A DNA stretch of 63,531 nucleotides, filler included. It is 5 parts of 5 records of this genome, joined end to end, with 100 filler letters (N's around TTAATTAATTAA, not from the genome) between each part and the next. Parts side by side here need not be neighbours in the genome. Positions count along the whole stretch, not along the records: positions 49,055 to 63,531 come from DRR723986_6429; 4 more parts are not named here. The stretch is one strand, 5' to 3'. Positions 51,984 through 63,531 of this stretch are shown piece after piece. Under the pieces are notes generated by a model. The model had not been told where the DNA came from. It did not search any database and saw only the letters and a list, made by a program, of their open reading frames with translations. Position 1 is the first letter of the stretch, and every line of letters begins with the position of its first letter. A program made the translations under genes and the position numbers.

Positions 51984-52562
51984 ATGGATATCCTAGCCTT
52001 TGCCCTGTCTGCTGGGCTGGCGCAAATTTTGACAAACATCGACAATCTTGTTGCCCTGTTGGGGCTCAGTCTTGTGATGGGCGCGTGGCGATCCACCCTT
52101 GCCTATATGCTTGCACAGGGGTTGATCTTGACCGCCGCTATGGGGGTGGCCGTTGGGGCCAATCAAGCACAATTTGGCTCGGCTGGGCTGCTTGGACTGA
52201 TCCCGCTTGCCTTGGGGCTGCGCGGTGTGTGGCACCAATTTCGGGCGACAGACACCGGACCAGAGCAAGGTTTTTCCGACCGATCATCCTTGGTGATGAC
52301 CACGGTTCTGTTCCTCAGCCTGTCGATGGATAGCTTTGCCATGATGACACCGCTGCTGGTTGAATCTAGCCCGATCTATCGCGGTGCGGCTTTGATTGGG
52401 GCGCTTGTGGCAGTGGTTCTGCTAGGGGTGATCGGGTTAGTGTTTACAAAAACAGCCAGTCCAACAGGGTCGTGGGTTCGCAAGTTCGAAACCCTCGCCC
52501 CTTATGTTATGATCTGTGCGGGACTGTATGTCTTGTTGGACAGTGGCACAGATACGCTCTGA
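51984..52562 (+). CDS. CadD/LysE-superfamily-like membrane protein
   Basis: TNIDNL and GLLGLIPLALG motifs, about 5 TM segments. Confidence 0.65.
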   Translation: MDILAFALSAGLAQILTNIDNLVALLGLSLVMGAWRSTLAYMLAQGLILTAAMGVAVGANQAQFGSAGLLGLIPLALGLRGVWHQFRATDTGPEQGFSDRSSLVMTTVLFLSLSMDSFAMMTPLLVESSPIYRGAALIGALVAVVLLGVIGLVFTKTASPTGSWVRKFETLAPYVMICAGLYVLLDSGTDTL

Positions 52563-52568
52563 CGCGGG

Positions 52569-53714
52569 TTAGTACCCGCGCCAAATCCACCCGCCACCAA
52601 AGATGCGGCTGCTTTCAGAATCATAAAAGACACAGGCCTGACCGGGCGACACGCCTTCTTCGGGCGTTAGCAATTCGACCTCGGCTGTTGTATCGCTGAG
52701 CGGGCGAATGATGGCTTCACGCGGGGGGCGTGTTGACCGGACCTTGACCGAAACATGCCATTCTTTTTTCGAGGTGAATGGTTCGTCGCCCAACCAGTTG
52801 ATTTCGCGAACGGGAATGGTGCGGGTAACCAGCAATTCTTTTGGCCCCACAACAACCTGTTTCTTATCGACATCCAACCGCACAACATAGAGTGGCTCGC
52901 TCAACCCACCGATGCCAAGGCCACGACGTTGACCAATAGTGTAGTGGATGACGCCGTTATGTTCGCCCAAGATACGGCCATCATTGTGCACGATCTGACC
53001 CGGTTCCGCGGCACCAGGGCGCAATTTTTCGATGACGCCCGCGTAATCCCCATCGGGCACAAAGCAAATATCCTGACTGTCCGGCTTATCCGCGACCGCC
53101 AAACCATACTGCGCGGCCATTTCGCGGGTGGCATCTTTGGACGGCAGATGTCCCAGAGGGAATCGCAAATAGTCGAGCTGTTCCGGCGTCGTCGAGAACA
53201 GGAAATAGCTCTGATCGCGGTTTGCATCCTCGGCAGAATGCAATTCAGCACCGTTGGCGCCAACCTTGCGTTGAATGTAATGGCCGGTCGCCATGCAATC
53301 CGCCTCAAGGTCTTTGGCCGTTTCCAGCAGATCCTTGAATTTCACACGCTCGTTGCAGCGAATGCAGGGAACAGGTGTGGCCCCCGCCAAATAGCTGTCC
53401 GCGAACTCATCAATCACGGCATCCTTAAAAATGTTCTCATAATCTAGGACGTAATGAGGAAAGCCACGTTCGGCCGCTACGCGGCGCGCATCATGAATAT
53501 CAATGCCGGCACAGCACGCGCCTTTCTTGGCCAGAGCCGCACCGTGATCATAAAGCTGAAGCGTCACGCCAACGACATCATAGCCCTGATCAGCCAAGTA
53601 TGCTGCAACGACAGAGCTATCAACGCCACCAGACATAGCCACGACAACCCGCGTTTCAGCAGGTGGCTTGGCAAATCCAAGTGAGTTCAGCGGGTGTTCT
53701 GCATCAAGCGCCAT
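52569..53714 (-). CDS. mnmA: tRNA-specific 2-thiouridylase
   Basis: SGGVDS, PCIRCN, ATGHY, DQSYF, DSQDICF, TIGQRRG, PGQ. Confidence 0.98.
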   Translation of the reverse strand: MALDAEHPLNSLGFAKPPAETRVVVAMSGGVDSSVVAAYLADQGYDVVGVTLQLYDHGAALAKKGACCAGIDIHDARRVAAERGFPHYVLDYENIFKDAVIDEFADSYLAGATPVPCIRCNERVKFKDLLETAKDLEADCMATGHYIQRKVGANGAELHSAEDANRDQSYFLFSTTPEQLDYLRFPLGHLPSKDATREMAAQYGLAVADKPDSQDICFVPDGDYAGVIEKLRPGAAEPGQIVHNDGRILGEHNGVIHYTIGQRRGLGIGGLSEPLYVVRLDVDKKQVVVGPKELLVTRTIPVREINWLGDEPFTSKKEWHVSVKVRSTRPPREAIIRPLSDTTAEVELLTPEEGVSPGQACVFYDSESSRIFGGGWIWRGY

Positions 53715-53786
53715 GGGGCCGCTCCAGTCCGAGTTAAGGAAGACCGGCAGAATATAGGAAAATCCTAGACACTCTCAAGGGGCGGT

Positions 53787-53801
53787 TTCACCGCACATTA
53801 A
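53787..53801 (+). promoter_or_regulatory. CtrA-box-like site upstream of sciP
   Basis: TTCA-ccgcaca-TTAA, one mismatch to TTAA-N7-TTAA. Confidence 0.55.
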
Positions 53802-53844
53802 GTAGGCTGGTCGAAAGTTCCATCACTAGCAGAAAGGACAGGTG

Positions 53845-54123
53845 ATGTTTTTGCGAAAAGTCGAAGGCCCGGGGGCCGTTACGTTACCAGATGGTACAAT
53901 TATGACGCGATCTGATTTACCCTCACCGGGTACGTCACGATGGGTTGCCTCGCGCAAGATTGCTGTTGTTAGGGGGGTTCTTTACGGGTTGATTGCCCTT
54001 TCAGACGCAAAGAAAATGTATGGGCTGAGTGATGAGGAATTCAACGGATGGGTTTCAGCATTGGCAGATCACGGGGAAGAGGCACTGAAAACAACATCTA
54101 TAAAAAAATATCGACAACTTTAG
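53845..54123 (+). CDS. sciP: CtrA inhibitor SciP (DUF1153)
   Basis: DLP..T.RWVASRK..VV..V..GL; mnmA-sciP-ctrA gene order. Confidence 0.92.
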   Translation: MFLRKVEGPGAVTLPDGTIMTRSDLPSPGTSRWVASRKIAVVRGVLYGLIALSDAKKMYGLSDEEFNGWVSALADHGEEALKTTSIKKYRQL

Positions 54124-54149
54124 GTTGATGATACATAATTTAATTATCG

Positions 54150-54165
54150 GTAACGCGGGGTTAAC
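54150..54165 (+). promoter_or_regulatory. CtrA-box-like autoregulatory site
   Basis: GTAA-cgcgggg-TTAAC upstream of ctrA. Confidence 0.6.
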
Positions 54166-54222
54166 CTTTATTGGCCACGGTTGATCTCAACACGGGACTA
54201 AGTTTAAGGCGGAGAAATAGAT

Positions 54223-54939
54223 ATGCGTATACTTCTGGTTGAAGATGATCCAACGACATCTAAGAGCATTGAGTTGATGCTAACCCACGCGAACCTGAAT
54301 GTTTACGCCACGGATTTGGGGGAAGAAGGCATAGATCTGGCCAAGCTCTATGATTACGACCTCATTTTGTTGGACCTAAACCTTCCGGACATGAACGGAC
54401 ATGAGGTTTTGCGGCAATTGCGCATGGCACGGATTGAAACACCGATTCTTATTCTGTCGGGCGAAGACGACACAGATAATAAGATTAAGGGCTTTGGGTT
54501 TGGGGCTGATGATTATCTGACGAAACCCTTCCATCGCGAAGAACTGGTTGCTCGCATTCATGCCATTATTCGGCGGTCCAAAGGCCATTCACAGTCAGTG
54601 ATTAAAACCGGCATGATTTCGGTAAACTTGGACGCCAAGACGGTGGATGTCGAAGGGCAGCCAGTGCATTTGACTGGCAAAGAATATCAAATGTTGGAAC
54701 TGCTTAGCCTGCGCAAAGGGACGACTCTGACCAAGGAAATGTTCCTGAACCATTTGTATGGCGGCATGGATGAGCCTGAACTGAAAATCATCGACGTTTT
54801 CATCTGTAAACTGCGCAAAAAGCTCAGCAATGCAACAAATGGGGACAGCTACATCGAAACGGTCTGGGGCCGGGGATATGTGCTTCGCGATCCCCAGCCA
54901 GTCGATATGCCAGATTCACGTATGGCAGTTGGCGCGTAA
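54223..54939 (+). CDS. ctrA: Response regulator CtrA
   Basis: [57 protein letters not shown]. Confidence 0.98.
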   Translation: MRILLVEDDPTTSKSIELMLTHANLNVYATDLGEEGIDLAKLYDYDLILLDLNLPDMNGHEVLRQLRMARIETPILILSGEDDTDNKIKGFGFGADDYLTKPFHREELVARIHAIIRRSKGHSQSVIKTGMISVNLDAKTVDVEGQPVHLTGKEYQMLELLSLRKGTTLTKEMFLNHLYGGMDEPELKIIDVFICKLRKKLSNATNGDSYIETVWGRGYVLRDPQPVDMPDSRMAVGA

Positions 54940-55011
54940 TTTTTGAGACACCTAGTTAACCACCCGTCCAGAGTGGTTGCTACCACTCACGAAGACAACA
55001 TCTGGACCTGA

Positions 55012-59270
<4,259 letters not shown>

Positions 59271-59394
59271 AAATTGGAATGGAACATGTCTTTGGATGTG
59301 TTCCATGTTTCAATCTCAACGCCGTGAAAATCCACAAGAAAAAATCTGTTCAGTTCCAACGTATTACATCAAAAACACCCAAATGTTCGCAAGT

Positions 59395-59447
59395 GTTCTC
59401 TAAAAGTTCTTTACAGGGCGCTCTGAACATGAGAACAAAAGGTCAAC
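59395..59447 (+). promoter_or_regulatory. LexA boxes upstream of small ORF
   Basis: GTTC-tctaaaa-GTTC (59395-59409) and GAAC-aaaaggt-CAAC (59433-59447). Confidence 0.75.
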
Positions 59448-59479
59448 AAACGTTTAACCCTCTAGCCCGGAGTTTAACC

Positions 59480-59602
59480 ATGTTGACCGAGATTAAGACC
59501 GTTCTGGCCCGGACCCAGCACACACTGTTCCAGGATGCCCTAGGGGCTGCGTCCCTTGTAGTGATGTTGTTGGTTGGTCTGCATTTGCCGGGATTGATCT
59601 AG
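59480..59602 (+). CDS. 40-aa small membrane protein
   Basis: GGAG at 59469-59472, then MLTEIKTVLARTQHTLFQDALGAASLVVMLLVGLHLPGLI; C-terminal hydrophobic helix. Confidence 0.75.
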   Translation: MLTEIKTVLARTQHTLFQDALGAASLVVMLLVGLHLPGLI

Positions 59603-59769
59603 CCCTCTTCGGGGCTGCTACGCCCTTTTGTATTTCTGCCTGCGTTCTTGTGCCGACCCAAACTGCATCCTGTCCCATTCGATGCGAGGGTGACCTGCCT
59701 GTCCATACCCGCCTGGAACCTGCCTCGGTTCTATATCGGTCGGATCCCACACAAGACCCGCACAACTGG

Positions 59770-59811
59770 CCGCCGCACTCTCCTGTCAGAGAGTGTGGCG
59801 GTTTTTTCTTT
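59770..59811 (+). terminator. Strong intrinsic terminator
   Basis: CCGCCGCACTCTC-ctgtca-GAGAGTGTGGCGG then TTTTTTCTTT. Confidence 0.88.
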
Positions 59812-59829
59812 GACGTAAAGGGGCGCGCC

Positions 59830-60282
59830 TTACGCGCAGTGTGTTTGCTCTGCCTGTTCCATCGCTTCCAGCGTTGCTTCGAGTGCCAGCAAGATCGATG
59901 CGTGGCGGTTTTTGTATTCACGTGCAGGCAATAAAACTTCTAACCCATCAAACGGGGCATCGGGGGCAGGTCCATCTTGTTTCAGCATGGCTTTCAACTG
60001 ATCCCGCGCGGTTTGCACCTGCGCACGCGTAGCACCGAGAATCGCGCCACCAACAACGGATGCTGATGCCTGACCCAAAGCACAGGCTTTGACATCCTGT
60101 CCAAAGGCCGAAATTTTGCCATCCGTGACGTTCACATCGACCGTCACGGTTGATCCGCACAGGGGCGAACGTCGCTTGACCGTCGCATCCGGGCTATCAA
60201 GACGGTCAATGTGGGGGATATCAGCAGCAAGGGCCAGAATTCTGGCAGAATAGAGCTTGATCAGGTCGGTATCGCCGGGCAT
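59830..60282 (-). CDS. IscU/NifU-N-like Fe-S scaffold family protein
   Basis: SPLCGS, VKACALGQASAS, RHASILL. Confidence 0.88.
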   Translation of the reverse strand: MPGDTDLIKLYSARILALAADIPHIDRLDSPDATVKRRSPLCGSTVTVDVNVTDGKISAFGQDVKACALGQASASVVGGAILGATRAQVQTARDQLKAMLKQDGPAPDAPFDGLEVLLPAREYKNRHASILLALEATLEAMEQAEQTHCA

Positions 60283-60349
60283 GGCTTTTCCTCTTTGGAC
60301 ATTCCCCATACATAGTACCGGAAATTCTCGATGCAAAAGGTTTTCGCAG

Positions 60350-60709
60350 ATGTCCTTCGACCCAATGAGTTTGACTTACAATGACGCTGGTCTGATTCCG
60401 GCAATCGCGCAGGATGAACAGTCCGGAGAGGTGCTGATGATGGCATGGATGAATGCCGAAGCGGTCGTTAAAACGCTCGATACCCGTCGCGTCACCTATT
60501 GGTCCCGGTCGCGGCAGTCCTTTTGGATCAAGGGCGAAAGCTCGGGTCACGTTCAGGAATTGGTCGACTTCCGAATTGATTGTGATCGTGATTGTTTATT
60601 GGTTGTGGTGCGCCAGACAGGCCCAGCCTGTCACACAAACCGACGAAGCTGTTTCTATACATCGGTTCAATCCGGGGAAGAGGTCGAGCTGATGGCACCG
60701 ATGGCATAA
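60350..60709 (+). CDS. hisI: Phosphoribosyl-AMP cyclohydrolase
   Basis: VLMMAWMN, YWSRSR..W.KGESSG, DCDRD, ACHTNRRSCF. Confidence 0.97.
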   Translation: MSFDPMSLTYNDAGLIPAIAQDEQSGEVLMMAWMNAEAVVKTLDTRRVTYWSRSRQSFWIKGESSGHVQELVDFRIDCDRDCLLVVVRQTGPACHTNRRSCFYTSVQSGEEVELMAPMA

Positions 60710-60719
60710 CCGAGCTCAC

Positions 60720-61559
60720 TCATAGCCCTACAAGGGCCCGAATTTCCGACGGGCTCACCCCATCCACACGATATTTCGCAATCGCGCGCGCATCATCGCG
60801 TTTCGCAAGCCGTTTGCCTTGATCATCTCGGATCAAGGCGTGATGGTGATAAATCGGTGTTGGCAGGCCCAAGAGAGCCTGCAACACCATCTGCAGGAAT
60901 GTCGTCTGATACAGGTCTTCGCCCCGTACAACATGCGTAATATCCTGTTCTGCATCGTCGATAACGGCGGCCAATACATAAGACGGCGTTTCAATTTCTT
61001 TCCGGCCCAAGACTGGATCCCCGACATCTTGGATCAAACGTTCAGGGTCCAATAGATGGTGCCCCGCATATTTTGCTCCAGATTCAATCATGTTGATAGC
61101 CCCGACGTCCTGCAACGCGTGCCCCAAGTTCAGACGCAAGGCATCACCAGGTTGACGCGTGTCCATTGCGCGGTGGCGGCACATGCCGGGATAGACACCG
61201 GGTGCAAGCGGGACGCCCTCTTGGGGGGCCGATAGGGCGGCCTTTATATCGCTACGCCGACATGAACAGGGGTAGATTAGTCCACGCTCCGCCAGTTTCA
61301 TCAGCGCAGAATTGTAATGCTGTAAGTGTTCTGACTGACGCAGAACGGGCTGTTCCCACGTTAAGCCTAGCCACGTCAGATCGTCGTAAATCTGCTGCTC
61401 CCAAACAGGTCTGGACCGGCCAGTATCTGTATCCTCGATACGTAACAAAAAACGCCCCTGCTGGGACTGAGCCATGTCATAGGCAAGCAAGGCGGAATAG
61501 GCATGCCCCAAGTGCAACGGGCCCGTTGGCGATGGGGCAAATCGTGTGGTGAATATCAC
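60720..61559 (-). CDS. gluQ: tRNA glutamyl-Q(34) synthetase
   Basis: RFAPSPTG.LHLGH, RIED, RGEDL, RLAKR; no anticodon domain. Confidence 0.93.
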   Translation of the reverse strand: MIFTTRFAPSPTGPLHLGHAYSALLAYDMAQSQQGRFLLRIEDTDTGRSRPVWEQQIYDDLTWLGLTWEQPVLRQSEHLQHYNSALMKLAERGLIYPCSCRRSDIKAALSAPQEGVPLAPGVYPGMCRHRAMDTRQPGDALRLNLGHALQDVGAINMIESGAKYAGHHLLDPERLIQDVGDPVLGRKEIETPSYVLAAVIDDAEQDITHVVRGEDLYQTTFLQMVLQALLGLPTPIYHHHALIRDDQGKRLAKRDDARAIAKYRVDGVSPSEIRALVGL

Positions 61560-62170
61560 GCTTTTTCAACGATATAAATGTTGGAGTTCAAGTTGATACT
61601 CGGCAAGTGCGGGCCGTATTCCTTTACCAATAAGCATGCCGCTCCCGGATCTAACCAGCCGTTCAAGCGTCCTTCAAAAGCACGATCCGCAATGGCATGG
61701 TCGTTAAACGAAAAAGCCAAAATACCGCCTTTGGGCAAGGCATTCATCACCAGATCAAGTGTCTCTGGCGGGGCAGCGCCAACACCAATCACGCCACAGG
61801 CGACAATGACTGGATACCGACCAGCTTTCACCGGTGCAGGCACTGAAATATCGAGTGTGCTCAGGTCACGGTAAGCATCGTGTTGCCGCGCTTTGCTCAG
61901 CATTTCAGGCGAGGGATCAACACCATCCACGACGCGAAATCCAACCCGACGCAGCTCAACACCACACAGACCTGTCCCGCATCCATAATCAAGGATCTCG
62001 ATAACGGGGTCTTTGAGGTGATCCCACAACGCGGCAGCCAACCGGGTCGGCGTCGCATACCCATTGTCTGCCAATTCGGTCTCATAAGACTCGGCCCACT
62101 TGTCGTAATGGGCCAAAGTCTCTTCTACGCTTTCAAGACCATAAGCCTTATCCAGGAATTTATCGCTCAT
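61556..62170 (-). CDS. Class I SAM-dependent methyltransferase
   Basis: YDKWAESY, LDYGCGTG, GVDPS.EML. Confidence 0.92.
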   Translation of the reverse strand: MSDKFLDKAYGLESVEETLAHYDKWAESYETELADNGYATPTRLAAALWDHLKDPVIEILDYGCGTGLCGVELRRVGFRVVDGVDPSPEMLSKARQHDAYRDLSTLDISVPAPVKAGRYPVIVACGVIGVGAAPPETLDLVMNALPKGGILAFSFNDHAIADRAFEGRLNGWLDPGAACLLVKEYGPHLPSINLNSNIYIVEKA

Positions 62171-62207
62171 ATCGATATGTTACGCGCAGGTTTCGATATC
62201 CGTCCAG

Positions 62208-63530
62208 TCAGGAATGCGAAAGCCAGTCCTGCCACGCCGCTTTGGCGCGATCAGTATAGGCTTTGTAGCGATCTTTGCGTCCACGACGCCCGCCTTTAAG
62301 GCCCTCAACCGGTTGAAATAGACCGAAATTCACGTTCATCGGCTGAAAGGTCTTAGCCTCGGCTCCGCCGGTGATGTGATGGATCAATGCGCCCATTGCG
62401 CTATCCTGTGGCACCACTGGCAATTCGATGCCTAGAATTTCAGCTGCGGCCAGACGTCCTGCCAGCAAGCCCATCGCGGCACTTTCGACGTACCCTTCGA
62501 CACCGGTGATCTGGCCCGCAAAGCGAATGTGTGGCTTGGATTTCAGACGCATCTGATTGTCCAGCAAAGTTGGCGAATTCAGGAATGTGTTGCGGTGAAT
62601 CCCACCCAAACGGGCAAAGCTGGCGTTCTCCAGCCCCGGAATCATACGCAGCACTTCGGTCTGCGCGCCGTACTTCATCTTGGTTTGGAACCCGACAATA
62701 TTGAACAACGTGCCCAAGGCATTGTCGCGACGCAGCTGAACAACCGCATAGGCTTTGTTCTCGGGATCATGCGGGTTGGTCAGGCCAACGGGTTTCATCG
62801 GCCCAAATCGCAATGTTTCGCGGCCACGTTCGGCCATGACTTCGATGGGGAGGCAGCCGTCAAAATACCCTGCGGTTTCGCCTTCGTGAAACTCGGTTTT
62901 ATCTGCCGTAAGCAACGCATCGATAAACGCTTCGTACTGATCTTTGTCCATGGGACAGTTCAGATAGGCGGTACGCTCTTCTTCGGTTTCACCCTTGTCA
63001 TACCGTGACTGCATCCATGCCTTGGACATGTCGATGCTTTCGGCATAAAGGATCGGCGCAATCGCATCAAAGAAGGCAAGCGCCTCAGCGCCCGTTTCCG
63101 CTTGGATGGCTGCCCCTAAATCGGTTGATGTCAACGGACCCGTAGCAAAGATCCAATGCTCGTCTTCCGGCAGGTTGGTAATTTCTTCGTACGACACGGA
63201 AATGCGCGGGTGAGCCTTTAGTTTGGCCGTTACAGTTTCGGCAAAAGGATCACGATCCACCGCCAAAGCACCACCAGCGGGCAGGCGGTGTTCGTCTGCC
63301 GTGGTCATGATCAGCCCGTTCGCGGCCCTCATCTCCCAATGCAGCAAGCCAACGGCGTTTTGTTCATCATCATCCGAGCGGAATGAATTAGAACATACCA
63401 TTTCACCCAAGTTGCCGGTTTTATGGGCAAAGGTTTCGACCTTGGGTCGCATTTCGTGGATCACCACGTCAACGCCCATTTCCGCTGCCTGCCAGGCCGC
63501 CTCGGACCCGGCCATGCCGCCGCCCACGAT
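62208..63530 (-). CDS. trmFO: tRNA (uracil-5-)-methyltransferase TrmFO, 5' partial
   Basis: [47 protein letters not shown]. Confidence 0.97.
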   Translation of the reverse strand: MVGGGMAGSEAAWQAAEMGVDVVIHEMRPKVETFAHKTGNLGEMVCSNSFRSDDDEQNAVGLLHWEMRAANGLIMTTADEHRLPAGGALAVDRDPFAETVTAKLKAHPRISVSYEEITNLPEDEHWIFATGPLTSTDLGAAIQAETGAEALAFFDAIAPILYAESIDMSKAWMQSRYDKGETEEERTAYLNCPMDKDQYEAFIDALLTADKTEFHEGETAGYFDGCLPIEVMAERGRETLRFGPMKPVGLTNPHDPENKAYAVVQLRRDNALGTLFNIVGFQTKMKYGAQTEVLRMIPGLENASFARLGGIHRNTFLNSPTLLDNQMRLKSKPHIRFAGQITGVEGYVESAAMGLLAGRLAAAEILGIELPVVPQDSAMGALIHHITGGAEAKTFQPMNVNFGLFQPVEGLKGGRRGRKDRYKAYTDRAKAAWQDWLSHS

Positions 63531-63531
63531 A

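Noticed and set aside
54223-54939. Gene transfer agent cluster implied by ctrA
   Set aside because: No GTA or phage structural genes are present in the window.

Overview
This window is not one continuous locus. It is five contigs joined by four identical 100-bp artificial linkers (N-run/TTAATTAATTAA/N-run), from at least three sources. (1) 1-7827: very GC-rich, microsatellite-containing DNA that is a single open minus-strand frame of 2608 codons, missed by the ORF track. It encodes F5/8C + LamG-like + about 19-20 FN3-like repeats and is probably eukaryotic. (2) 7928-22132: Rhodobacteraceae-like; CoA-transferase, two TRAP systems, LysR, USP, tauXY-like dehydrogenase, cupin, rsgA, partial dnaE2. 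(3) 22233-29764: Rhodobacteraceae-like; GFA, ArsR/PhzF/ornithine-cyclodeaminase cassette, selU, fused oxidoreductase-selD, a second partial dnaE2. (4) 29865-48954: an unrelated, FCB-group-like bacterium; beta-propeller sensor kinase, REC-PP2C phosphatase, lipoprotein, heparinase-like protein, Tat PLP enzyme, TetR-TolC-MFP-ABC exporter, with a strong GTTAAC excess. (5) 49055-63531: Rhodobacteraceae core genes fabZ-lpxA-lpxI-lpxB, mnmA, sciP-ctrA, ligA-recG, hisI, gluQ, trmFO. Best leads: a 40-aa membrane peptide behind LexA boxes downstream of recG, the giant hidden ORF, a hairpin that would silence ligA on ctrA read-through, and the GTTAAC bias. No CRISPR, tRNA, rRNA or IS element was recognised. 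All calls come from motif reading by eye; no searches were run.
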